Source: Setoptus koraiensis
Taxonomy: Eukaryota; Animalia; Arthropoda
Direction of reading: 5' to 3'
Assembly: GCA_048013815.1 (NCBI GenBank)
Contig: CM106586.1
Coordinates: forward strand, 23,622,001 to 23,686,000
DNA length: 64,000 nt
Translations under genes and position numbers: made by a program
Shown: positions 25,951-37,725 of the stretch, one piece after another
Layout of the letters: the number at the start of each line of letters is the position of its first letter
Numbering within the stretch: position 1 is the first letter of the stretch
The notes under the pieces: generated by a model
Told to the model about the DNA's origin: nothing
The model's input: the letters and a program-made list of their open reading frames with translations, nothing else
The model's database searches: none

Positions 25951-28900
25951 CGTGCTCACACACTGTCTACTACATGTATCGTCCCCGATGCAAGCCACTG
26001 ACAACTGCAATCTGACTAAAACTCGCTAACTCATTCGCACTAACTAGCTAAAGACGACGAATAATTTATCAGTCAGAAGCGATTTGAAAAGGAAGCAACA
26101 TGAGAACGCGCCTCGTATTTCATTATCGTGCACTAGCATTGGCGTTCGCATTCATTCAGATAATCATCATCATCACTAGTCGTTGTTGTAATCACTATAA
26201 GCGTCCTTCAATTCAACAACTGCAACAACAACACATACAACAACAACTTGCGAAAGCCACGCCAATGAGACAGACGCTCTTTTTAAGGACTCCTTACTTG
26301 CTGGCAACCACCGACAGCATTACTTTTGTTCCAAGCCATTTTTTTCTTTATCTCTCTCTTTATCCGTAATCCACTGACAGTCTTGACTGAATTCTAGACA
26401 GTTTTCGGTATGTCTCGTCGCTGAGTAGCGGTCCCGCGCGAACTCTCGCCACACTACTGATGGAGCGACAGCAGAGAGGGTGAGAGTGAGAGTGAGAAAG
26501 AGTTACGAGAGAAGCTGTCTACAAAGTGTTGCAGAAGGACAAACTCGTCTTGGTAGCATCATCGTCGGATAGGAAAGCAATACTAGAGAAATGGCCACTA
26601 ACTTGTCGTTGGTGGTGCTCATTTTTTGCCACCAAAATCACGTTATGTGATCATCTTGGCGCAACGATTGTGCAATTGTTGATCTAACGCGCATCATTTT
26701 TGTTTTCTATCGTAAACGTATATTGTTACGCCTGTTTACATTGAAGTTAGACACTCACAATCACAGCGAGTCTGATTGGTGGTGGTGGTGCTCTAGTATT
26801 TGCTCGAGCAACAACAAGTGCACAACAACAGTCGCATGGCGGCGTTATAACGGGCACAATGGTAGCTCTTGGGAGATCGAGTTTCGTTTGTTCGGTGCTG
26901 CTATTCTCCAACTTTAGTTATCTCATTCTAGCTGATATGTTTGCTCGTCTAGCGGATACACACTTCCATCAAGAGACATACTGAGTTTAGATTATCGCAG
27001 GCTTGCAAGCCAACTAACAAGAGCTCGCTCTCTTTGGCTAGCTGTTGCTGATAATGCTCTTCTTATTCTACTTCTTTGTGTCTGTGATAGTAAGTGCTCA
27101 AATGTAGTTGCGTTTGATTAATGCCCATGATTAATCCCCCCACAACCACAACCACACACCACTAACACAAACTAAATGCGATATGTACTACTAGTGCCGC
27201 CATCATGATGATGTTGATGATGATGTGTCTAATAACAGACACTAAATCATTGGCGCAAACAACAAACATGGCGCACACGTTGGCTATGGTCTAGCCAACG
27301 AACTATTACTGTGCTGTCGAACGCAAACAAACGGAACAACCCTAATTCTATTGGCGCACGCTGTTGCCACAAAAATATGGCCATTCCACTGAAATGATTC
27401 CAGATCAACTGGTTCTAGTGGCGGCGAAACTGTCGTTGCTTGATCATGTTCTTTTTGGCCGCTCTGGCCGGCTTTTGGGCGTTCGATGCTGCACTATTGG
27501 CTGTAATTTGTGTCGCCTCGTAATTCGTTGCCGGCGCATCGCTCCAATGCTGGGTGCACTTGCTCCTGGTCAAACTACATGGCATTATTTTGAGAACAAT
27601 GAGAATGACATGTCACAGCGACAGTGAATATCGGCGTCGGCGGCTAATTTTGAGTGTAAGCGTGCTGCGATCCACCACGAGGCTCCTATCTCTACTGCGA
27701 GTGGTGCACATCATGTGTATATCACCCCATCAACGGATTAGAAACGGGCGTGGCAGGCTACTGATGAACAGTCGACGGTCGGGCTAGCAAACAAATCACT
27801 CTCAACAGCAACCGCCAAGCTAGCTTGCCAGACTAGTGTGTGTGTCTATTGGAATCAACGAGTGCTGCTCGTCTAGACACAACTGGTTGTTGAAATTCCA
27901 ACAAGACATTCCACTGCATCTGCTGCTCATATGGCGGATTAGGTCGAATCGAAGAGCTCGCTTGATTGTTCCATTCAGCGAGTGCGTGTAGCTCGTTGTT
28001 TCTCTTGTCAATGAGTCTCGTGTGTGTGTGTGTGTATAAACTTTATAAATAGTCACACCACTGACTAGGCTGAGAGAACGTTCGATAAGTTCGCAAGTCG
28101 ATCGGATAGCGAGCAACTTTATCCAATGCTCAGATTTATAACGTTTACACAAGCAGCACTAACACTCGAGCTTGCGAGTGAGCATGAACACACACACACA
28201 CACACACTCACATTCATATCGGCCTATTGACGTTCAGCAAACGACAACAGAACAAAATTGCAAAGCGAACAGCAGAGAAACAGCGATCACAGTCACAGAC
28301 AGACAGAGAAATATTCCCTCTCGTTCCATGTGACGTCACTATTACTAGCTTGCCAGATTTTTCTCCATTGCCGCTGATCTTTCTGTGTCTCTCGACGCTT
28401 CTGCCTTATCTGCTGCCTTATTAGCTAGCTTGCCATATCTATCTCGGTGCAGCACTCGAATGCAATGATTGCCGCTTGCGGCCGCCGCTCGATAAACACA
28501 CACACACACACACAGATAGACAGGCAGGCAAACATAGACATTGAGATAGACACACAGATATAGAGAATGAGGGGGAGGGGGCAGGGCAAATTCATCGAAG
28601 ATTCATTGCAATTGCTAACATCCTTATGAGAGAGACCATCCAGTCAGCCAGTCAGTGGTCGAGTGAGTGTAACTATGCGTGAATGCGTCGTCACTCTGCG
28701 GCAGTAGCAGCACCGCTTTCACTATTTGTTCCTCGCTGTGTTGTTATCTCGCTGTTATTGTTGTTGGTAGCTGCTGCTGCCGCTGCCTAAATCTTTCAGT
28801 GTTCATCATCACGTTCGATTGGGTTGTGGATTTGATTCTTTTCGACGCCGCCAGCGCCGCTCTTGCACCTTCTTGCCAATATAATACAATGCCAATCCAA

Positions 28901-30044
28901 TATGCCAATCTAATGTGCCAATCTAATATGCCAATATTGAAATAGCAAATGACTTGAAGGAATTAGCTTGTGGCTAACTCCCAAGTAATTCCTTTGACTT
29001 TGTGAGTTGAGCGAGATGCTCATGCGTATCCTCGCGCGCTGTTCGCAACTGATTGATTCTGACTCATTATCCCTCATTAAGTGTCACTCATGGCGGCCGC
29101 CGGTGATCGTCGCTGTTCGATCCGATCGATATTGCCATCCCCTGCTATTTCTGGCAAAAATTGTGAGTCAACCAGCGAGCCCATTGTCTGTTGTTGGTGG
29201 TGGCGTGGTCGGCTAGCAACAGGCAGCAGCACTAATCGCCAACTGCGATCACCCATCACACATTGTCGCCAATAGTTGTGTGTGTGCGTTAATTTAGCAA
29301 TTAGGCGTTTATAGGGTAATTAGAGATAAAAATATTATTATTATTTTAATTATGAGTGCCAGTCGATAATATGGCAGGCAATAGTGGATAGTTTTTTTAG
29401 TCGATTCATTCTTTGCAAGTTGCAGCAACCAACAGAACCAAGCGACGAGGGTTGTTATGCACGCGGAACATCTCGCACTCACTCGCTTTCTTTCTGTTTT
29501 TTCGCACACACACACACACACACACACAAAATTGGCGCTCTTTAACAATTGCACGCAGGCGTAAACGCACACACGCTCTGGGAGAGACTCTCGCTCTCGC
29601 TGTGAGAGAGAAAGCCGCACAGACTCGCGCACACACACACGCACACCCAGGCACAGAAGCGCACACGACGACCAACTAGACGGTGCAGCTCTTGTAAATC
29701 GAATGTGTAGCATTGTCAGTGTATAGCTCGTTAGGTCGAGTCGACTAGAGAGAGTGAGCGTAGAACACAGGCTGACGAACGCGCAAACTGTTCTCACTTG
29801 GCCAACTCTCGCTATTCGCCCCACACTAGGACATGACTCGCTCGTCTAGCACCTTCGTCACAATTGTTCGATACTCTCCTCGCTCTGTACCTTTGTTTCT
29901 ACGCTCGTACATACACACACACACACGCACCACATAACGACAGTATCATCATCATATAATGCTATTATTGTCATATTTATCAACACCAACCATCATCGCC
30001 GGAGATACGAACGGATGAGCCTTTAACTGCTGCTACTACACGAG

Positions 30045-30075
<31 letters not shown>

Positions 30076-30803
30076 GGCGAGCCCTAATCAGAAGAGCGAG
30101 CGCAAATACCAGCACTCAAACAGACACAGATCATCTCTCTAGTTCTGGCGCTACTTCTGCTATACATAATAAATAATACTAATAATATTAATAATAATAA
30201 TAATAATAAACACGCTTAAGTACACACACTGAGATACTTATTCGATACAGATCGGGAGAGAATATTCGACGACGACCAAAGGCAGGCAAGATAGAACTAT
30301 ATTCCACCAGCAACTCAATCTATTCTGCACAGACACACTTTGCAAACTACTGCTTCATCAGATGCGTGTGTGCGCTGGAATGGAGAACATAAAGTATACG
30401 ACACACACAGCAAAACACATGAGCAGCGAATAAGAACGCGCAATATAGCGTCAACTTTATCACGTAAGCTCGTCTCTATAACATCGCTACTATCGATAGT
30501 CGACACACACACTCATTCGTTCCCTCGACGCAGTTGTCCACAGGTTGAACAACCTAAACCGCACACACACACGCACACACACACACCAACTAATTGTGTT
30601 ATTTCATCATCATATCACTGCAACTAATATCGATTTAGAATTCCTATTATTACTATCACTGCTACAATTGTTCTATTGATATTATTCATAGTTGTTGAAA
30701 AATTGTAGTTATTTCCCTGTTCAACCGGACACACACACAGCAAAGGAGAACAGCAACAAAAAGTTTCTCCACAAACAAAACAGCAACAGAAAATAACGGG
30801 CCT

Positions 30804-32045
30804 ATGGATCAGTTAGACACGCTTGATAGAAACAAGAAGCTGTTCCCGCAAAAGATGTGGGACCTCATCCACGACGAACGCTATCAATTTTGCTTGCGAT
30901 GGTCAGGGGACGGACAATTAGTTTATTTGAATCGTGATGAATTTGAAGAAAGTTACCTCAAGAAGCCATGTAATCAATTTAATACACAAAAGTCCATATC
31001 TTTTGTGCGCCAAATGAACATGTACGGTTTTAGAAAAGTAGATGATTGCTATTACGAGAATGATAATTTTAAAAGAAACTGTTATCATTTGCTCAAGAAC
31101 ATGATAAGAAGGCACCCAAATAAGGCGCCATTCAATGAATTCTTTCCTAACGCCACCACCAATACAAACAACAACGCTTCTCCTAACAATGTCAACCATG
31201 CCACCGGCACCAGAAGTAACAATACCGGTAATAGTAAAATTAATTGTAATGGCAACAATAATGCGCTCATTACCTCGCAACTAAACCATACCACCACCTC
31301 AGCTGCTTCAATTGTTACAAACAACAACAACATTAACACTCCTCTAGCCATTAGAACACCGTCCCCGGCATCGTCGATCGTACAAAACAATCGTTTCATA
31401 CACAACATCAGTAATAATGGTAGCTTATCATCGACTTCATCGCCATCGCCATCTCCATCCATTGATAATAACAATATCAATAATAGCATCAATATGATTA
31501 ATGGTCACAACAACTTTCAGCAACAATTATCCAATATGGTTCTCAATCTATCAAACCATGCAGCTATTCAGCAATTTGGAGTTAACAACAATAATAACAG
31601 CCACAACAATCACAATCACTGTCCAATCAAATATGAAAATCACTATCAATTGAATGATTTGATTCACATGGGCCAGGTACCTATTCCATTTGACATACAG
31701 CTTGAGCTCAGGCATCAATATGAAATGCAACAAAAAATGGCTTCCACCAATCAGCTACCTCCAGTTAGTCCATTGACGAAAAAGTTAGTGACAGAAATCT
31801 GCTCAAAGCGTAACGCCTTATTGGACCAATCAGCTATCATGGATGCAGCTAGATACACTGAAAACTTTCTTAATGTCCTTTTAGACGATGCATCATTGAT
31901 AGCACAACACTCAGCCGGTCTGGATCCCGCCGATACTTCTAACCAGCCAGCTTGTCCGTCTGTCGATGCTTCTAGTTTATCATTAGCTCTTAAACTTTTA
32001 CCTTCCAAATTGTTGTCTTCCTTACAAATATATAACAAGCCATGA
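30804..32045 (+). CDS. HSF-type DNA-binding domain protein (non-canonical heat-shock-factor family), 413 aa, intronless
   Basis: FPQKMWDLI...LRWSGDG...SFVRQMNMYGFRKV...FKR..LLKNMIRR matches the HSF winged-helix signature; the remainder is N/S-rich low complexity. Confidence 0.85.
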   Translation: MDQLDTLDRNKKLFPQKMWDLIHDERYQFCLRWSGDGQLVYLNRDEFEESYLKKPCNQFNTQKSISFVRQMNMYGFRKVDDCYYENDNFKRNCYHLLKNMIRRHPNKAPFNEFFPNATTNTNNNASPNNVNHATGTRSNNTGNSKINCNGNNNALITSQLNHTTTSAASIVTNNNNINTPLAIRTPSPASSIVQNNRFIHNISNNGSLSSTSSPSPSPSIDNNNINNSINMINGHNNFQQQLSNMVLNLSNHAAIQQFGVNNNNNSHNNHNHCPIKYENHYQLNDLIHMGQVPIPFDIQLELRHQYEMQQKMASTNQLPPVSPLTKKLVTEICSKRNALLDQSAIMDAARYTENFLNVLLDDASLIAQHSAGLDPADTSNQPACPSVDASSLSLALKLLPSKLLSSLQIYNKP

Positions 32046-32821
32046 AATATTCAGGTGGATTGAATATATGATTTATTACCTACCAAATTTAAAACAAACC
32101 CAAAAGTATACTATGTGAAATAAAAAGTAGTCAGGATTGATTGCCAACTAAGCCCTAGTGAAATTACCTTCTGAATATCCAAATGAATATATGAAGTTAC
32201 ATATATTTATAATAAAATACAGTTGTAAATAATAAAACTAGATTTAGAGGAACCCTGGCAAACTTCACGTTGCTGGCCTCTGAACCTATCTTAGCATTAA
32301 TAATTGAGTCCCGCCTTTTTCGAAAATTTTTCAAGCAGCTCGCTAGCACAACCATATCATTGAGCGCTCCAAAAAAGTTGACCACCGGTCGGACTTGTAG
32401 CTAGAAATGGTCAGAGCCTAAAGAAGCGCTGAACGTATCATGAATAGAATCTGAGTATCGACCAGGTGAAAATGGTGGAACAGCGCCCTCTCCCATGTCA
32501 AGTATGAACAACAGCGACAGTGCGCTGCAATTTTTCGATGCAAGCATGCGTTCTACATGAAATACTCGCTAGTTTTACATTTTGTATTTTGAATATTCAC
32601 TACCAGTCTCTATAGCACAACGAACGTACTACAGCTAGTAGTATTACTAATACTATACTGTGTGCGCCCGATGTCCGATGATTATTTTTTTTTTTTAATT
32701 TTCGCTATTAATACCTGGAGACGAAAGTTATCACCATTACTCACTGGAGGATATTGTTGATATTATTCTACTATCAACGCAGATAGAACAAATTATTATT
32801 GTAGACAGATATTGTAGACAG

Positions 32822-34336
32822 ATGAAGCCAGCTCGTGGCCGAGATCTTGTGTCGACAACACTAGATCGTTACATAAAACACAGATTCAATGGAGAATTAT
32901 TGCCGCACCAGAGGCAACCACGTGATGAAACACCAAAAAAACCCTCGCCTGATACAACATTCAAGCAAACATCTAGATCAAACAAAGAGCACACGCATAT
33001 ATTTGATCCTGGTGAACCTAAGGCCAGTTTTGTAGAGCTAGATGATGAATCTGTTAGTGAGGAACAATTGACTCAATCAGCTAGAAAGCTCCTGTTGGAT
33101 TACATTAAACAGATTGACCACACCACGGGAACCAACAAAACTAAAAACAACACCACAACCACAACAAGCAGTAGCAGCAACACTAATAATAATAATAATA
33201 CAGTTGCACCCTCTATTTGTTGCTTTTCAGTTAGAAATTCCCAACCTTGTTGTTGCGCCGTCAGAGATGATCTCAAATTTATGGCCATGGGCTTTGAAAA
33301 TTCTCTACTCTATCTGTGGAATTTGCGCTCCTCTAAAGCTCACTCGGAAGACAAAAAACCATGGTTTAGAAAGACCTTATATGCTCACACTGGACCAATA
33401 TACGCATTGTTGTTTGTTCCAAATTCGGATCTACTGTTATCATGCTCAGAAGATACCACAATTAGGTTGTGGTGCTTGAAGACATACTCCAATGTGGCCA
33501 TTTACAGAGGGCACGCCTATCCTGTTTGGGCCATTGACATAGCCTCCCATGGAAATCATTTTATTTCAGGATCTATGGATACCACAGCGCGTCTGTGGAC
33601 CTTTGAGAAGATCAGCCCTGTTAGAATATTCTGTGGTCACGATAGCAGTGTTGAATGTGTAAAATTTCACCCGAATGGTAAATATGTGGCCACTGGTTCA
33701 TGTGACTCTACAGTGAGACTATGGAATGTCACCGACGGCAATATGGTTAGGCTTATGGTTGGACATCGTGAACCAGTATCTTGTCTTTCATTTCTACCAG
33801 ATGGCAAATATCTAGCCTCATCCAGTCATGATGGCTCTATCAAAATCTGGGATTTGTCCAATAACTCTGTCGCGAAAGAGTTATCCTGCTTGCCAAACAC
33901 CAGTCCGATTAATAGTATATCATTCAGCCATAATCAGGTATTTCTTTCATCTTGCGGTGCTGATCGTTTCCTGAGAATTTGGCGAATCGATGATATCTCC
34001 ACCACTAAGGACATCCACAATCACCCCGCTGAATCCAACGATGTCGTTCAAATGGATACTCCAAACTCAAACAAGTAAGTTTTCCAAAACCCCTCTACCT
34101 ATTTTCATGCTGGAGATGATACAATCGATAACTAATCACCTTCCTTTTTTATTTTTAGTCATTCAAGTATTACAGAGCCTCACATTTCAGAGCTTCTTGA
34201 TTCAGGATCTCATTATTTGGAACCAAGAGGCAAAGAGATTATAGATTTATCTTCAAGATTCACTAATTTGTTGCATTCCCAATTCCTAGACAAAAATATC
34301 TTGTTAGTGTTCGGGTCGTCTTCTAACTCAGAATAA
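32822..34336 (+). CDS. TAF5L: TAF5-like WD40 subunit (SAGA/PCAF), ~476 aa, 2 exons
   Basis: Exons 32822-34074 and 34159-34336 (84-bp GT-AG intron, phase 2). Motifs PSICCF, AMGFENS.LYLWNLR, YRGHAYPVWAIDI, VECVKFHPNGKYVATGS; the spliced C-terminus TNLLHSQFLDKNILLVFG fits the TAF5L end; N-terminus MKPARGRDLVSTTLDRYIKHR resembles the TAF5L start. Confidence 0.85.
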
Positions 34337-34350
34337 ATTATTAGCAAGTA

Positions 34351-35154
34351 TTATCTTTTAAAGCGACTCTTGAACAAGAGCATCGATTTCTGCATCAGAG
34401 GTGCTACCTTTGGCTTTTTGTTAGCCTGACTAGATGCCATTGCTGCGGAAATTGTTTGACGCTTTATAGCTGCCACAGCAGCTGACTGCGTAGAGCTTCC
34501 GCCCGAGCCGCTTGATTGGCTCGAAGTACTCCTCGAGGGTGTGGAAACATTTCTAGCCATCATTGATATCACAGGATTCCCGGCAGCCCTCCTCCTGGCT
34601 TGAGGCATTATTTGATCAACAACTTGGGCTTGTCTCACCGGTACAGCTTTTCTTTCATGTCTCTTGATACGCCTTGTTATTTTTTGTAATTTGTGATCAC
34701 GTTCCTCTTCGCACCTATGATATAGGTCACGCCAAGTCTCATTTTTATTTCGCTTCTTATCACTGAAATGACGCTTACAGTGGAGCTCCCAAAGCTCGTC
34801 TGAATCCTCTACAATGGCCTGATGAGCAAGAAAAATACATAAAATGGTTCACGTCAAATGGATGGGTTAATTATTGCAGGATGATTGCTAGAGAAGGTAA
34901 CAATATATAATGCGTATGAGTTTACTTACCGGATTGAAAGACTCAATTTGTTTTAATTGAGATACAGAGCATTTAATTAGGATTGGTTTAAGAATGAAGT
35001 ATGGTACATCTCCAATATATTCTATTTTGTTTATATTGTCTATGAGTTTCTGTATACACATATCCTCCAGACGAGGCACATATTCGTTGACGTGTCTTGT
35101 ACCAGAGAAAACTGCTGTCTTTCCTCTTGCTCTTTTAAAGTCGACCATAGACAT
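34351..35154 (-). CDS. ELOA: Elongin A (short form), 230 aa, 2 exons
   Basis: Exons 35154-34930 and 34818-34351 (111-bp GT-AG intron, phase 0). BC-box VPRLEDMCIQKL, then IGDVPYFILKPILIKCSVSQLKQIESFNP|AIVEDSDELWELHCKRHF...ETWRDLY, typical Elongin A core; C-terminal KKPKVAPLMQKSMLLFK. Confidence 0.88.
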
Positions 35155-35880
35155 GTTGTTAATATTTCATATGATTTTCTAGTTTAAATATATATATACC
35201 ATATATGTATTTCAGTTTAGTCTTATAATTAAATTAAGAATATTTGTTAAGAGTATCAACAGTAGTATTATGTTCGGTTGCGACAATACTGTGTTGGTTT
35301 AGTTATAAATACCGCAACTTTACACAAGAAATCATCTCTACTGTATGATTGGAGTGTGCGAAACTTCGATTAGTTCACCGAACGACAACAAAAACCGACG
35401 GGAGCCGACAATAATGGGAATTTTTCTTTAAATGGCAGCAAACCAGAGTTAAACTCTAGTTTGCTGCATACAAAATACCCCAGATAAGAGGATATATGGG
35501 GTATGAGATGCAAATGCCCAAGTTTCTAATGATTATGCTACGTGTTTGCCTTCCACAGTGCTTTTTCTGCACAAAAACAATGCATGCTACTTGAGATTTT
35601 TCAAATGTACACCGATGTTTTACGAAAGATCCACCAGAGACGCTGCTCAGGTTTCGTCCAACAGAGAATGCAATACAGCGATGCCCTCGCGGACCTTTTG
35701 AAAATCAATGTAGGTGCGTGTTTGCTACACAGGTCCCTCTGTGCCTTGGGCATTTTCTCCCTGCACCTTTTAAATACCCAAGAAGTTGATTAATGAAAAA
35801 GGGAAATTCCCCAAGTAGCTCACTTCGACTGACAATCATCTGATGAAAAAGTCTTCTCTGGTTGCAATTCACAATTCATA

Positions 35881-36283
35881 CTGGGTGTCCATTATAAAAC
35901 CGACAACTTTATTCATCTATAACTTCCGATCACCACGGTAGGGGGCGTTCAAACTTTTTCTCGGAGAATAAAAGTCAAAGGAGATTGGTTGGCAAGGATT
36001 CTGACATTTCTGACCCGTCGGGATAAGTTTGGACTCATTTCCATTAGGAGTGAACCATTGTTGCTGAATTTCGAAACGGGAATCAGTTTTGCAGTAAGTT
36101 TTTAAGCCAGAAATTCTTCATTCACTCGCGCTGCAGGTCTATGGTGCAACTCATAATGATGAGATCATTGTCAACCGATTACCTTTGAGTCACAGTCCTT
36201 GAAAAAAAGTTTGAGCGCCCCCTCACAGAGGGGTTCGGAAGTTATAGATGAATTAAGTTGTCGATTTTATAATGGACACCCAG
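35881..36283. mobile_element. Non-autonomous Tc1/mariner-type MITE, 403 bp
   Basis: Imperfect ~82-bp terminal inverted repeats: 35881-35962 (CTGGGTGTCCATTATAAAACCGACAACTTTATTCATCTATAACTTCCGA...AGGGGGCGTTCAAACTTTTT) versus 36201-36283. Left flank TA (35879-80), right flank TG (probably a mutated TA TSD). No transposase inside. Confidence 0.85.
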
Positions 36284-37343
36284 TGCTTGAATCACATACA
36301 GTATAATGCAAGCTGTTTATTGTGTAAGGGAGCGAAATTCTTGTATTTTGCTCTACACCAGCTAGTCAATCTCTGGTCTAACGACATACTTTTGCTGATT
36401 CAAACACTTTGTACCTACGTCATACAAATTGTTGTTGTTGAGATAACTGTTGTTATTATTACCATTATTATTTTATTATTATTATTATTATTAATCTAGA
36501 CTAATAATTGGGCAATCATCGATATCAATCGATTAGCCTCACACTGCCGGTGCCCAGCACCACCGAGAGAATCCTTGCTTATAATCAATTCAATAGTTGG
36601 AACTACATTAGGCTTGTTATTATAACAATATAGGCATAATATGACATATAGATAGGAATGTGAATATGTACATCTAACAAGGTTACAAATGAATGCCACG
36701 AACCTCTCTTCTCTGGACAGTGCAAAAAATCCGAAACAATAGTGATGAATTAACTTGGTCGCTATTGTCGCCTATGTGCTGATTTTGTGTCTGATTCATC
36801 ATAATCGTGCCTATAACGTTAGAGTCATCCAACTGTAGATAAATGTCGATGATTATTCTTCATTTAAATATTGCTCTGTGAGCATCATGCATTGGAGGAT
36901 ATTGCTAATGTGGATGACGCTATTGTGGTTGCAACTTGCAATGCATTTCTTCGCTTTGTTCGAAGTGTAAGTGCGGATGAATCATTAACCAGTACAAAGA
37001 CGATCGATCTAACCATGAAGTGAAAGGAAGTCGTAATTTTCTTGCGTTCCCCATCGACTAAAAATAACTCCTTATTGAGCCATTTGTTCTTTGCAAGCCA
37101 TTTCGAGTATTTTGAGGGATGTGATTCGCAAATCAATTTCTAGCTTGCAGCGTATTGTGCTAGCTATGGATGGTATATAAGAATGCTACTACAGCAAACG
37201 CTTCCACCGGGTGATGTCTTGAGCTACGAGATCATGTCGATTTGCCGCTCGGTGGATCATGTTGTGCTGCCTCACTAAATTTACAGTTATATTTGCCACC
37301 ATGTTTGTTCAGCCTAACGTCTCACGGGAGATAGATTGGATTT

Positions 37344-37725
37344 TCAATGGGTCATCTTATTGTCGTGGGGCCGACCATAGAAGGTGGCCTTTATCCTCTC
37401 CACCTTGCACCTGCAAATCACGCACTTAAGCGGGTATTGATTATCCTGCAGTGCAACATATATTGTCCTGATAAAACAATAAAAGCAAACAGCACAATGT
37501 TTACAGGGGAAGGTCTGAACATCTACCTTGGCAGAAAAGCATATGGCGCACTAAGGATTTTTAAGAGTGAAAAATAGTATAGAAATAGTATGAGTTACTT
37601 TTGGCGATATTGGTAGGTGGTCACTGGAACTAGAACGATTCACAATCTTCTAAACAACTTACCGCTTCTTCTATGCTACGAGCTGACTCCATATCTATCT
37701 GACCATCAGCGCTCAACATCCGGAC
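37344..37725 (-). CDS. Small C3HC4 RING-finger protein (3' exons; 5' end uncertain)
   Basis: Exon 37725-37663 (VRMLSADGQIDMESARSIEEA) with strong acceptor and GTAAGT donor; 112-bp intron; exon 37550-37344 CAICFSAKVDVQTFPCKHCAVCFYCFIRTIYVALQDNQYPLKCVICRCKVERIK...stop gives a complete RING Zn-ligand pattern. Not in the ORF track. Confidence 0.8.

Noticed and set aside
35560-35790. TYIDFQK, resembling a non-LTR reverse-transcriptase motif
   Set aside because: Not followed by AFD, no YADD motif and no sustained frame.
36160-36180. TGAGATCATTGT, matching the 5' end of bantam miRNA
   Set aside because: The 3' half diverges, there is no local pre-miRNA hairpin, and it lies inside the MITE.
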